64,000 nucleotides of DNA, taken from the NCBI GenBank assembly GCA_021779915.1, contig JAJXZR010000029.1, positions 12,495-76,494 of the forward strand, given 5' to 3'. Of the stretch, positions 27,845 through 37,992 are shown piece after piece. Below the pieces are notes generated by a model that was not told the origin of the DNA, did no database searches, and was given only the letters and a program-made list of their open reading frames with translations. Source of the DNA: a bacterium (GTDB lineage: Bacteria > Patescibacteriota > Minisyncoccia > CAIUEV01). Position 1 is the stretch's first letter. Every line of letters starts with the position of its first letter. Position numbers and translations under genes: made by a program.

Positions 27845-27894
27845 ATAACCCCAAGGGTTTCTTTTCTTAAAATATAAAAACTAATAAATAAAAA

Positions 27895-30795
27895 ATGTTT
27901 AAAAACAAAAAAACTACAAAAAATCAAAAAATACTGATTATTTCTTTGGTTTTGTTTGTTTTGCTTGTTTCTGTTTTTCTCTGTCTTAATGTGGCAAAAA
28001 AAACCGCTTTAAGAAATGAAGTGACTAGTAAGTTGGAGCTTCAGCATCAAATATCAAAGAATTTAGCGGGAATAACTGAAACTTATAGTTATAATGCCTA
28101 TACAAGCGGAGTACCTATGCATACTGTCTATGAAGATGAGAATTATTTAGGCATTCCGACTGGTGTAAAATCAGATTTTTTGATTATCCCAGATGGCGCA
28201 CAATTGCTTCAGGATTTGGGATATTCAAAATCCGTTTTGGGAAACAATTATCGTACTATGAATGAGGGAAAAGACGTTATTTTTTCATCAAATGCATGGG
28301 ATTATGTCACAAACAAAGAGAGTGGTGAATACACGGGATATAGATTAAGAGATTCCGGGCTGTTTATTCCGTTTGAGGGACTGGATTCGCGGACAACTTG
28401 GGAAAAAACCGCACCCGAATTTTTGGGAGGAAAAACCGCTAGAGAGAAACTTGATGAATTGCAAGCAAGTAACTCTCCAGAGAAAGTCCAATCTCTAAAA
28501 AAAGAACTAACCCCTGGTAGCATTGGAGATGGAAATGGTAATGTTATTCTTGGCACACCTGGTGTTCCTGGTAGTGCTTCAGGAGATACAAATGGGATTA
28601 CAGAAGTAGTCGGTCCAGACAAGCAGACACACAAACTTGATGAGAATGGCAATCCAGTGGTTTTGAACCCGAATACCAATAAATGGGAACCAGACACCAC
28701 TCCCGATGCAACGATTTCTCCATCTAACCAAAAAGATTCAAACAACCAAAATCCGAATCCGGGAAATATGCAGGCAAGTTCTGATCTGAGTGACCAGCAG
28801 GTCGCTTCTGATGCTTATCCTGCCAACGGGTTTCCAACACCTGGTCCAGACAATTCTTTATTATCCACTGCTAAGAAACAAGAAGCGGAGCAGAGGTACC
28901 AAGAAGCTTTGGACAAATATAATAAAGGAGAACTCTCTGCCGACGATTTTTCCTTGGAAAAAGCGCTTTACAGAGGATCATTTATAGAGCCTAAAACTGA
29001 CGAATTAAAACAATTAGAAAAAAACACTTTGGATAGTGCTAATGCTGTTTACAATAATTTTGCTAATTTGTATCCAGAAAGAGCAAAAGAAATACTTGCG
29101 GAGGAAGAAGCGAAAAAAACATATTCGAAGGATGGTAATTCAGGTAATAATCCTCCTTCAGATAATTCTTCCCCGTCTCTCGGAAAATCTGTAGGGGAAT
29201 CTTGGATTAATCCTCCTGCACCCAAAGACATGGCAACTCTGGATGATGCCACAAACAGGTTACTGGGATCGGATGGCATAACAAAAGAAGCGGTAAAAAA
29301 TGCACTTGAACTGTCCAAAAATTACGATAGTTTAGATGATAAACAAAAGGCTTTAGTGGATTCGGTAAACGATTTTATTTCCTATGGTAAGAAAACCACG
29401 GAAAAAGAGCTCGAACAACCTCAATTAAATGTCCTTGAACCTTCTCTTACTGGCAATAAAGTTCGGGAAGAAATGAATGCTTGGAATAAACTGGATGAGG
29501 AACGAACAAAAGCTGGTTTTCCAGATACCACCTCAATTACTCCTTCGAATGACTTTGATAAAGAAGGAGGTACTCTTGAACCCTTTAATGGGGAAGCGAA
29601 ATGGAACGTTGACCCTTCTAAGTTGAATCCGCCAAGCCCTTCTGCCATGGAAGCTTATCAAACTTTGAATGATTTTTCCCAAAATGGTACAGACCCCAGA
29701 AGTTGGTCGGAATATCTTAATCCGCTTGGTCCATCTTTACAGGAAAAATTAAATGATTTACAAAAAACAGCTAGTCTTACTCCCGAGGTTAAGCAATTTG
29801 GTGGCATCGACTTAACTAAAGGGGACGTTTCAGAACCTGTAAAAAAATTGGACGACTATTTTAACAACATGCAAGATCCCCGCAGTTTGTCTGAAAGATT
29901 GAACCCTTTTGGCCCAACAATTGATGAAAAAATAAACTCCTTGGAAAATCAGATTTATGAGGATGAAAGCAAAAAGAAACAAATTTTAAACGGAGCGGAG
30001 TTTAATTACCAAGACGCTCTTTATAAATACGCGAATGGCGAAATTTCTGAGGAAGAAAAAAATAAGGCACTAGAAAAATTTCAGGAGGAAACAGATAAAT
30101 ATTTAAAAGAAACGGCTGTAATTTCTCAAACCACTTCACCAGAAACACTGCCACAAAGCAATTTTGATTTTAATTCTGACAACTCCAATAGTTCACCTGC
30201 CGACAAGGGAAGTGATCGATCAGAGGGACAAAATGTTCAAACCACCGGGGACAGAACGGGGAGTGGGACGACTACTTCAAATTTTTGGGATAGGAATGAA
30301 AATCAATATTCTGGAGAAAATAATTCTGCGGGGGCAAATGAGGTTAAGAATGATAACAGTAGTCAAACACAAACTGTATCCACAGAACCTTATAATTTTA
30401 AAGATAATTTTTCTGCCGGAAACGGGAGTCAGGAGGAACCTTTTGCTGGTTGGACAAACAAAAATATTGCTGAAGCCTTCTCCTATGATGAAAAAACGGG
30501 GGAATTAAAATTAAACGAAGACTGGAAAGAACAGACGGGGCTTCCCGGAGGAGAATATCTTATTATTCCGCCAAGCAAAGCAGAGATCATAAAAGGTCTT
30601 TTTGAAGAAAATAAAATAGATTCACGAACTAAAGATGCTCTTGATAAAAAAAATGAAGCGGGAACACTGAAAAAAGAAATGCCAGAGAATCAAGATGTAT
30701 ACGATCTAAAAAAACAAGAGACTACTGAAGGAAAACCCAACAGCGACAAGTACCGAGAAATGAAAGCAGAAGAGATTCTGAAAACAAGTCAGTAA
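27895..30795 (+). CDS. large membrane-anchored hypothetical surface protein
   Basis: 966 aa, N-terminal TM, N/S/P-rich linkers, internal repeats. Confidence 0.75.
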   Translation: MFKNKKTTKNQKILIISLVLFVLLVSVFLCLNVAKKTALRNEVTSKLELQHQISKNLAGITETYSYNAYTSGVPMHTVYEDENYLGIPTGVKSDFLIIPDGAQLLQDLGYSKSVLGNNYRTMNEGKDVIFSSNAWDYVTNKESGEYTGYRLRDSGLFIPFEGLDSRTTWEKTAPEFLGGKTAREKLDELQASNSPEKVQSLKKELTPGSIGDGNGNVILGTPGVPGSASGDTNGITEVVGPDKQTHKLDENGNPVVLNPNTNKWEPDTTPDATISPSNQKDSNNQNPNPGNMQASSDLSDQQVASDAYPANGFPTPGPDNSLLSTAKKQEAEQRYQEALDKYNKGELSADDFSLEKALYRGSFIEPKTDELKQLEKNTLDSANAVYNNFANLYPERAKEILAEEEAKKTYSKDGNSGNNPPSDNSSPSLGKSVGESWINPPAPKDMATLDDATNRLLGSDGITKEAVKNALELSKNYDSLDDKQKALVDSVNDFISYGKKTTEKELEQPQLNVLEPSLTGNKVREEMNAWNKLDEERTKAGFPDTTSITPSNDFDKEGGTLEPFNGEAKWNVDPSKLNPPSPSAMEAYQTLNDFSQNGTDPRSWSEYLNPLGPSLQEKLNDLQKTASLTPEVKQFGGIDLTKGDVSEPVKKLDDYFNNMQDPRSLSERLNPFGPTIDEKINSLENQIYEDESKKKQILNGAEFNYQDALYKYANGEISEEEKNKALEKFQEETDKYLKETAVISQTTSPETLPQSNFDFNSDNSNSSPADKGSDRSEGQNVQTTGDRTGSGTTTSNFWDRNENQYSGENNSAGANEVKNDNSSQTQTVSTEPYNFKDNFSAGNGSQEEPFAGWTNKNIAEAFSYDEKTGELKLNEDWKEQTGLPGGEYLIIPPSKAEIIKGLFEENKIDSRTKDALDKKNEAGTLKKEMPENQDVYDLKKQETTEGKPNSDKYREMKAEEILKTSQ

Positions 30796-30915
30796 AATAA
30801 ATGACGAAGTTCGAATGACGAATGACGAATTGTGGTGTTCACTATCCTCACAATCAATCGTCGCCTTCGGTGACACCTTAATTTGTCATTCGTCATTCGA
30901 ACTTCGTCATTTATT
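30796..30915. repeat. Family F element (35/36-bp IR) with GTCRCC-hairpin core
   Basis: aataaatgacgaagttcgaatgacgaatgacgaatt / aatttgtcattcgtcattcgaacttcgtcatttatt. Confidence 0.9.
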
Positions 30916-31621
30916 GAAACAGCCCTTCATTAAATATCAGATTTATAAGGGTGGCTCTGGCTGGGGCGACTCCCCAGACTTCATACGAACCACCTAATTG
31001 ATTCAAATTAACGTCTCCTCCAATAATATTAGCAAAAACTGCTGCTTCTATTTTGGGAGGAGTTCCCCAAGTGCAGTTTCCTTCTAGCATTCCCTTAACT
31101 GTGCCTTGGCAGTCTCCACCCTGCTGTTTGCCCAGTCCTTCAAAAAGAAAGGGGATTCCAAATTGCAGATTTTGTTTGGCAATTCCTCCAGCATTGTCAA
31201 GAGCCGCTACGGCTAGTCCTCCCGCAGGAGCGCTCGCAAGCGTCGCTGGAGTACCAAAACTTCCATAGGTGAGAAGTTCGTTACGATACTGATCGACCAA
31301 AGTACTCCAAGCATTTTGGTTGACATCTTCAATTTGTTTGAGAAGTGTTTGAACATCACTAACAAAATGACCTCCCATGGATTGCATGCCGGCATGCCCC
31401 TGAAAAACAAACTGCAGTTTTTCCGGTACTTGGTTCTGAGATACCCGAGACTGAGGGTCTTGATAAGAGTCGGGAGCACTGGCTTGTCCCGCTCCAACAT
31501 TAATATTTCCACTAGGACCAAAAAGCCCGCCACCAGGAGAAAGATTGGCAGCACTGGCTACATTAAAAATGGTGATGGGAAACAAAATTGTAAGAGCTGA
31601 AATAAGAAATGTTTTTTTCAT
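30911..31621 (-). CDS. secreted hypothetical protein
   Basis: signal peptide MKKTFLISALTILF...ASA; Gly-rich. Confidence 0.7.
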   Translation of the reverse strand: MKKTFLISALTILFPITIFNVASAANLSPGGGLFGPSGNINVGAGQASAPDSYQDPQSRVSQNQVPEKLQFVFQGHAGMQSMGGHFVSDVQTLLKQIEDVNQNAWSTLVDQYRNELLTYGSFGTPATLASAPAGGLAVAALDNAGGIAKQNLQFGIPFLFEGLGKQQGGDCQGTVKGMLEGNCTWGTPPKIEAAVFANIIGGDVNLNQLGGSYEVWGVAPARATLINLIFNEGLFQ

Positions 31622-31625
31622 CAGT

Positions 31626-32702
31626 TTATTGAATTGATTTTTTTACTTCTCCTGAAAAAGCGTCAAGCTCCGCATTGATTTTCTCAGCCCGACCGGCAGC
31701 AAGGAACGATCGGAAATAATCACCTTCCTGAATGTTATCAAAAACGATTCCCAGAGATTTAACAATATGGAGAACTTTTGTATGAAGGTTTTTTAAATCA
31801 GGATTTATTGGCATCAAGGTTAACTCGTTATAAGAACTGTCTATCTCTTTTTTCCAGATACTTGCTTTTTCCAAATCAATATCACTTTTTCTCATTTGGG
31901 AAAGGGAGTCGATTATTTTCTTAATTCCTCCTTCCAATGTATCGCCATCACTTATTAATCCGTTCTTTCTTAGCACACTCTTTACTTGTTCAAGATATTT
32001 TTTCGCATCTTTGTCTATTTTTTCATCCACTAAAATCTTGTTTTCATCAATACTGAAAGCAAAATCAAGACCCGTGCCCTTAAGAAGACTGGCAGTGAAA
32101 TCAGTGATTTCTGATTTCACTTTGTCTTGCACATCAGCAGGAACTGAATCATAAGAAACGGAATAAAGCTTATAGCTTGCTATGATATCGTCTACTTTGG
32201 AAGCTACTTTGTCGGTTAGACTACCGCTGGTTAAGGGGTCAGCATTTTGATTAAAATTGTCGATTACTAAGGTCGAATTAGCTTGGTTGTTATTCAAATT
32301 TCCGTTTTGATTATTATTTTGATTACTATTTTGGTTAGAATTATTGTTTGCATTATTATTTGCGTTATTATTGGTATTAGAAGCGGAATAGTGGTCGGAT
32401 GTTGCCGTTAATTTATCACTTGGCGCGGCAACGAGAGGGCTGTACCCGCCTTTCACTTCTTGACCATCCATAAATCCATCCCCGTCAGTATCAGGATTTT
32501 TGGGGTCAGTTCCCCATTTTTTTTCGTCCGCATCGGAAAGCCCGTCCTTATCTGAATCAACATTTGCATTGCTAGTATTGCTAACGGCACCAAAAAGGGT
32601 GGGGACAGGAACCTTCTCCTTGGATGAAGAAATCCTCCCTCCCAGTCCCCAGACTGCAAGGACTAAAAATAAAACTAATGCGATTATTCTGATTTTTTTC
32701 AT
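31626..32702 (-). CDS. exported protein with DxDxDG Ca-binding (TSP3-like) repeat and Asn-rich linker
   Basis: DSDKDGLSDADEKKWGTDPKNPDTDGDGFMDGQEV; poly-N/Q stretch. Confidence 0.8.
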   Translation of the reverse strand: MKKIRIIALVLFLVLAVWGLGGRISSSKEKVPVPTLFGAVSNTSNANVDSDKDGLSDADEKKWGTDPKNPDTDGDGFMDGQEVKGGYSPLVAAPSDKLTATSDHYSASNTNNNANNNANNNSNQNSNQNNNQNGNLNNNQANSTLVIDNFNQNADPLTSGSLTDKVASKVDDIIASYKLYSVSYDSVPADVQDKVKSEITDFTASLLKGTGLDFAFSIDENKILVDEKIDKDAKKYLEQVKSVLRKNGLISDGDTLEGGIKKIIDSLSQMRKSDIDLEKASIWKKEIDSSYNELTLMPINPDLKNLHTKVLHIVKSLGIVFDNIQEGDYFRSFLAAGRAEKINAELDAFSGEVKKSIQ

Positions 32703-32874
32703 TTATTTTGAAATAACCCAACAAAGAATTTTCCTATTTTTTAAATATAACACGATTTTTTTGGGAATAAAATCCAACTCAACACAACTCAACAAACTTG
32801 GCTTCGCACCTGGGCTAAGACTCATCAACTAGAGAGCCACTCATCAAAAATAATCATTGATATTCCATTTAAAA

Positions 32875-32906
32875 TTAAAAAAACGCTCAGCTGAGCGTTT
32901 TTTTAA
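32875..32906. terminator. perfect 32-bp palindrome, likely terminator after tRNA-Tyr
   Basis: ttaaaaaaacgctcagctgagcgtttttttaa. Confidence 0.7.
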
Positions 32907-32916
32907 AATTTTTTTG

Positions 32917-32999
32917 TCCGAGGAGAGGGATTCGAACCCCCGTAGGGAAGACCCGACAGATTTACAGTCTGTTGCAATTGACCACTCTGCCACCCTCGG
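32917..32999 (-). tRNA. tRNA-Tyr(GTA) with C1-G72
   Basis: CCGAGGG...TCCTCGG A; acaga-ctgtaaa-tctgt anticodon arm; variable arm ggg-tctt-ccc. Confidence 0.95.
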
Positions 33000-33022
33000 T
33001 AATTAACTTTTTAAATCCTACA

Positions 33023-33181
33023 CTAGTTCATCAAGTTTATCAAGTTACGCGAATTAGTTTAGAAGGTTTAGAAAGTTTTGAAAGTTTAGAAAGACAGAAT
33101 GGTGCTTTTTTATGAAAAATATTATAACCAAAAACTCTCTGACTTTCTAAACTTTCCTAACCTTCTAAACTTTCTAAACTA
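33023..33181. repeat. family A left arm, then family I element (AGTTTAGAA)n ... (TTCTAAACT)n at 33055-33181
   Basis: tagtttagaaggtttagaaagttttgaaagtttagaaag ... ctttctaaactttcctaaccttctaaactttctaaacta. Confidence 0.85.
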
Positions 33182-33268
33182 GCTTTCCTGATTTTCATTT
33201 TATCTTTTTTTTATAATTATTTTATCTCCACTCATTTATAAGGAAGGTATAATTATTAATTTTTCAAA

Positions 33269-33742
33269 ATGACTTTGAAAAAAAATATATCCTCCTTTTT
33301 AACTTTTTCTTTAATTTGGAAAATTATTTTTCCTCTTTTTTGTATTTCATCCGGGTTCTTGTCCGGATTTTTTTATAAACAGTATCTCGGAAAAGAAGAG
33401 TGCCTCAATCTTGCATTTTCCAACAATCAAGAAGCGATGAGTCAATCTCAAATAGAAGAAATCAGTCAACTTCTCAATCAAGGAAATGAGACGGGACCTC
33501 TGTCTCAAGAAAATTTAAACGCGAATCAAAATAATTCAAACGTGAATGCTAACCCACTCAAAGATACTCCTCAAGCCAATAATACTGGAACAGGCAAATT
33601 TGTTGGAAGCCAAAAAAGCGACAAATTTTATCCTATCGCCTGCCACTTCGCCAAAAGAATCAAGGAAGAAAACAAAGTCTGGTTTGCAAGTGTAGAAGAA
33701 GGCGAAAAAGCAGGAAGGAAGTTTGTGGAATGTAATAATTAA
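33269..33742 (+). CDS. membrane protein with C-terminal Ada-metal-binding-like domain
   Basis: FVGSQKSDKFYPIACHFAKRIKEENKVWFAS...AGRKFVEC. Confidence 0.7.
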   Translation: MTLKKNISSFLTFSLIWKIIFPLFCISSGFLSGFFYKQYLGKEECLNLAFSNNQEAMSQSQIEEISQLLNQGNETGPLSQENLNANQNNSNVNANPLKDTPQANNTGTGKFVGSQKSDKFYPIACHFAKRIKEENKVWFASVEEGEKAGRKFVECNN

Positions 33743-33808
33743 AAATTAAAAGTTAGAAATGCAAAAGAACAATTCAAATTATTTCTTTCGTGTCACCCTA
33801 ACTCCACC

Positions 33809-33961
33809 TGTCATTCCCGCGAAGGCGGGAATCCAGGAAGATTTTATTAAATTAATAGAATGTTATTTTAGTTATTTTCTTAACTATAGAACCCAAACAA
33901 TCATTCTTTTAGTCTAATAAAGTATTAGTTTACTGGATTCCCGCCTTCGCGGGAATGACAC
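33809..33961. mobile_element. R doublet with dRS3-like arms (ATTCCC-N8-GGGAAT)
   Basis: tgtcattcccgcgaaggcgggaatccag / ctggattcccgccttcgcgggaatgaca perfect IR. Confidence 0.88.
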
Positions 33962-33997
33962 GGACGAATTTATAACTTTTAATTTTTAACTAAAGAG

Positions 33998-36547
33998 ATG
34001 TCCACAAAACCATTTCTACCAATCCTAATATTCCTTCTTTTTCCTATTTTCGCCTTCGCCAGCCCCTCTGAAGAAACCATCAGTTCGAATCTTTCCATTA
34101 TCCAAAACACCATCTGGAGCGGAACAAAAATCATTAATGGAGCGAAAATTACGGTTGAAAACACAGCTACCCTCACCCTTGAGCCAGGAACAACGGTTAT
34201 TGGTTTAAATGGCGCGTCTATTTATATTAAAGGAAGGTTTATCGCGATTGGAGAAGAAAACCATAAGATCAGATTTACCTCTGACAAAGATAGGCAACAA
34301 AATTTTACTTTAACCTATTCTCTCAGTTCCATAGCGGGAAGCGAGGTTGAGATGAGAAATTTTATCTTGGAGGACGGAGGAGGAAACCAAGATCTAGCCT
34401 CTCTTCCAGCCCTTACCCTTAAGGGAAAAGGAACCCTTTCCGATTGTATTATCAGAAGAAACAGAACCACGGGGGTTCGTTTTTGGGACAGTGTTGATAA
34501 TGAATCAATAGAAAATTGCGAAATTTACGAAAACGAGAATTTAGCCATTGAAAACAAAACCACTAATCTCTTGAAGGCCGAGAATAATTGGTGGGGATCG
34601 AAAGACGGCCCCAGTTATTTTGTCAGCGCTCCCCGTGCCTACATCTGGGGCAATATTGATTTTGATCCTTGGCAACAAAAAGGTCCTATTCCTATTATTC
34701 TGGTACCGGGATTTGGGGGAAGCTTCAGTTTTAAGCTATTTAGTAATTCGGCAAAAAACGACTGGTGGATGACGCCTCTAGGGACTGGTTCTTACCGCTA
34801 TTTTGCAAAAGCTCTAGCTTCCAAAAATTACACTTTGGGGCAAGATTATTTCTGGGCCTTTTACGATTGGAGAAAGCTTAATGAAGAAAGTGCCCAAAAC
34901 TATTTAAAAAAAACTATTGAGGAAGCCAAACAAAAAAGTGACCACAACGAAGTTAATCTTGTTGCTCACAGCATGGGAGGCCTTTTAGCCAGAAGCTATA
35001 TTCAAAGCGATAATTTTGAGGATGATGTTGATCGTTTGGTAACTGCCGGAACTCCTCACCTGGGGTCTAGTGAAACTTATTCTCTTTGGGAAGGAGGAGA
35101 GCTCCTCGGTGCTAAAAAAATATTACTTCCTTACCTCTGGTACCTGGAAATTCTAAATCGAAATTATTCCAACATTGACACGCTTCGAAATGAATTTCCT
35201 TCTCTTGCCGAAATGCTTCCCACTTATGATTATCTCTACCAAAAAGATTCAGGAGAAACTATTTCTTACGCTTCTCAAAAATATCAAAATTCGTTTTTAG
35301 AAAGCATAAATTCCGATCTTAAAAACCTCAAAAGAAAAGTTTGGCTGGGAGTTGTTGCAGGAACAGGAGAAAAGACTTTGGAAAAAATCCCTGTAAAAGC
35401 TTGCACAGAAAATTCCAATATTTTTGAAGATGGAGTTCCGGATCCTCTTAACTCAATTCCTGATTCACTTTTCGGTGACGGAACCGTTACTCAAAAAAGC
35501 GCTACTCTAAATAACCAATTAACTAACAATTCAATTACTATCCCCAGTTCCCATGGAGAACTTTTTCAAAAAGGTCAGAAAAATTTGTTTGACGAATTAA
35601 ATATTCGCCCTTCCACTTTTTCCCTTGCCGATATTTTAGATGACTTTTTATTCAGCTCCTCCGGGCCGATTGACATTTCAATTGAAAACGAAGCCGGAAA
35701 AATTTTGAACACAGACGCAAAAGAAATTAATGAAAGCGAGTACGACGAGGAAGAAATTGAAGGAAAAAAGCTAGTTTTTGCCAGTTTTCCAATCAATTAC
35801 TCGACCTCTTTGCAAAAGCAGAGTCTAAAAATTACTGTTTTGGGAAAGGACGAAGGAACAGCCAAGCTGGCTTTTTGGCATTTTTCTTCTAATGAAGATT
35901 TTGATAAAGTTGAAAAAGAAATCGGCACAGACGAAAATTCTAAAGTCATTTACACCGTTTCTCTGGAAAAAGGCTTGGATGGAAAACCAAAAATAAATAT
36001 TACTGATACTGATTCCTTAAGCTTTATTAAGACAAGAATACCTCTTCCTAACGACAATTATTTGAATTGGCAATATCTGCTTCCGGAAGCATACATCTGG
36101 AGCGGGGAAGACGACGAAAAAATCGAAAGTTCGAAGGTAAGCTATTCTCTTGATCAAAAGGACGTTAGTGGAAGCCTAGATCTTTCTTCTTTGCCACTTG
36201 GCCACCATGAGATAAAAGTCCGAGGAAGTTGGTTAAAAAAAGGTGTCTCTCAAAATGACGAAAAAGAAATTCCCTTCGTTATCAGCACTTCCTTAAAAAG
36301 TTTTTCTACTCTCCTAGACAGATTTTACAAAGAAGGAAAAATCAACAGCTGGAAAGACAGAAGCAATCTAACTAATTTATCTTCTTTAGCTTATCAAGAT
36401 TTATCGGAAGGAGATCTGAATGGGGCAAAAAACAAGATAAGAGAAATAAAAAACACTCTTTTAGAAAAAGAAGATTTGTTTAAGGACAAAAAAGACAAGG
36501 AAATAATGAATAATTCTATTGCTTATTTGGAAAATAATCCAAATTAA
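33998..36547 (+). CDS. secreted alpha/beta hydrolase (LCAT/PGAP1-like) with N-terminal beta-helix-like region
   Basis: PIILVPGFGGS, FYDWR, VAHSMGGL, GTPHLGS, GDGTV; NNWWG motif. Confidence 0.82.
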   Translation: MSTKPFLPILIFLLFPIFAFASPSEETISSNLSIIQNTIWSGTKIINGAKITVENTATLTLEPGTTVIGLNGASIYIKGRFIAIGEENHKIRFTSDKDRQQNFTLTYSLSSIAGSEVEMRNFILEDGGGNQDLASLPALTLKGKGTLSDCIIRRNRTTGVRFWDSVDNESIENCEIYENENLAIENKTTNLLKAENNWWGSKDGPSYFVSAPRAYIWGNIDFDPWQQKGPIPIILVPGFGGSFSFKLFSNSAKNDWWMTPLGTGSYRYFAKALASKNYTLGQDYFWAFYDWRKLNEESAQNYLKKTIEEAKQKSDHNEVNLVAHSMGGLLARSYIQSDNFEDDVDRLVTAGTPHLGSSETYSLWEGGELLGAKKILLPYLWYLEILNRNYSNIDTLRNEFPSLAEMLPTYDYLYQKDSGETISYASQKYQNSFLESINSDLKNLKRKVWLGVVAGTGEKTLEKIPVKACTENSNIFEDGVPDPLNSIPDSLFGDGTVTQKSATLNNQLTNNSITIPSSHGELFQKGQKNLFDELNIRPSTFSLADILDDFLFSSSGPIDISIENEAGKILNTDAKEINESEYDEEEIEGKKLVFASFPINYSTSLQKQSLKITVLGKDEGTAKLAFWHFSSNEDFDKVEKEIGTDENSKVIYTVSLEKGLDGKPKINITDTDSLSFIKTRIPLPNDNYLNWQYLLPEAYIWSGEDDEKIESSKVSYSLDQKDVSGSLDLSSLPLGHHEIKVRGSWLKKGVSQNDEKEIPFVISTSLKSFSTLLDRFYKEGKINSWKDRSNLTNLSSLAYQDLSEGDLNGAKNKIREIKNTLLEKEDLFKDKKDKEIMNNSIAYLENNPN

Positions 36548-36792
36548 GGTACTTTGTCCACACCTCCTTCGTTCCAGGGATGGCATCTAGAAATTCTTTT
36601 GACAGTCAACCAGGAGCCTTTTGCTAAACCATATTTTTTAAGCGCCTGAACGGAATATTCCGAACAAGTGGGATGAAAAATACAAACCCTAAACCCCATA
36701 CTTTTCCCCCAGAAACTTTGGTCAGGAGAAAGGGTTTTTTGATAGATGCGGATGAGGAAAATGAGGGGGAGGGTAGTAATTTTTTGGAACAT
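36544..36792 (-). CDS. yidD: membrane protein insertion efficiency factor
   Basis: YQKTLSP, CIFHPTCSEY, RCHPWNEGGVDKVP. Confidence 0.93.
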   Translation of the reverse strand: MFQKITTLPLIFLIRIYQKTLSPDQSFWGKSMGFRVCIFHPTCSEYSVQALKKYGLAKGSWLTVKRISRCHPWNEGGVDKVP

Positions 36793-36850
36793 AGGGTTTT
36801 GAGTTTAAAATAGCAGAATTTACAAATTTCAATTTCTTATTATATTTTGT

Positions 36851-37095
36851 GTGTCATCCCGGGCTTGACCCGGGATCCAAGAGAATAGAAAATTGCTCTA
36901 ATTAACCTAATTATACCCACCGCCTAAGGCGGGATCCCGCTTTGCGGTGATAATTGACCTAAAAAAGCACCAAACAATAAAAAATAAATCTTGAAAATTG
37001 GTTCTTGGCATTTTATTTAGAACAATTAGATCAATTAGGGTAATTAGAATAATTGGCGAGTCTAACTAGATCCCGGGTCAAGCCCGGGATGACAC
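36851..37095. mobile_element. R doublet enclosing D, with a GC-rich mini-insert at 36916-36950
   Basis: gtgtcatcccgggcttgacccgggatc / gatcccgggtcaagcccgggatgacac. Confidence 0.88.
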
Positions 37096-37108
37096 TTGGT
37101 TACAAATT

Positions 37109-37768
37109 TTACTTGTCCATTTGTTTCCTCCTCCATTTCTCAATCTTCTTCGGGTCCCCGCACAAAAGCACACTCGGTACCTTCCAGCCTTTATAAACTT
37201 CGGGTCTAGTATATTGCGGGTACTCCGTTTCATTAGTATTATAAGATTCCTCTTTCAAAGATTCTTCATTCCCTAGCACTCCAGGGATTAATCTGGTGAC
37301 GGAATCAAGAATGGTGGCCGCTCCCAGTTCTCCCCCGCTTAGAATATACTTTCCCATAGATATTTCTTCATCAGCTATATGATTTATCACCCTTTCGTCG
37401 ACCCCTTCATATCTGCCACAAACAAAAATTATTTGCTTATATTTTTTAGATAATTCAAGGGACTTCTTTTGGTTAAAAATCTTTCCTTTGGCGGCAAGTA
37501 AAATTATTCTAATTTCATTTCTTTTATATGGACTTTTTTTCAAAATTTCCTCAACACATTTTTCAACCGGCTCAACTTTCATGAGCATTCCCACCCCTCC
37601 TCCATACGGGACATCATCTGTCGTCCTATGTTTATCCTTGGCATAATCCCGAAGGTCATGCACAAAAATTTCAATTAGCTTCTTTGCTTTAGCCCTTTTA
37701 ATTTGGGCTTCAGCAAAATAGGAATCGAGAATGTGAGGGAATATGGTGATTATGTCAAATCGCAACAT
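37109..37768 (-). CDS. trmD: tRNA (guanine37-N1)-methyltransferase
   Basis: DDVPYGGGVGM, CGRYEGVDER, SGGE, EYPQYTRP. Confidence 0.96.
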   Translation of the reverse strand: MLRFDIITIFPHILDSYFAEAQIKRAKAKKLIEIFVHDLRDYAKDKHRTTDDVPYGGGVGMLMKVEPVEKCVEEILKKSPYKRNEIRIILLAAKGKIFNQKKSLELSKKYKQIIFVCGRYEGVDERVINHIADEEISMGKYILSGGELGAATILDSVTRLIPGVLGNEESLKEESYNTNETEYPQYTRPEVYKGWKVPSVLLCGDPKKIEKWRRKQMDK

Positions 37769-37951
37769 TAGTTTATCAAGTTTATAAAGTTATAAAGTTT
37801 ATCAAGTATTCTAAAAGGAAAATATTTTGTTTCAAATTGGGAAACTGTGTTTTAAAAACTATGATTTTCTTATAGGAAATCCCCTAGTTTTTAAAACACA
37901 GTTTCCCAATTTGAAACAAAATATTTTTTGAAGATTAAACTTTATCAACTA
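37769..37951. repeat. Family A element enclosing perfect 43-bp IR K (37819-37861/37885-37927)
   Basis: aaaatattttgtttcaaattgggaaactgtgttttaaaaacta and its exact reverse complement. Confidence 0.92.
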
Positions 37952-37992
37952 GTTAATTCATAGTATAAAATTATAAAGCTTTAAATTCAATT

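Noticed and set aside
32275-32380. (TTA/TTG)n-like microsatellite as a contingency locus
   Set aside because: It encodes an imperfect Asn/Gln-rich linker in frame and is not a pure slippage tract.
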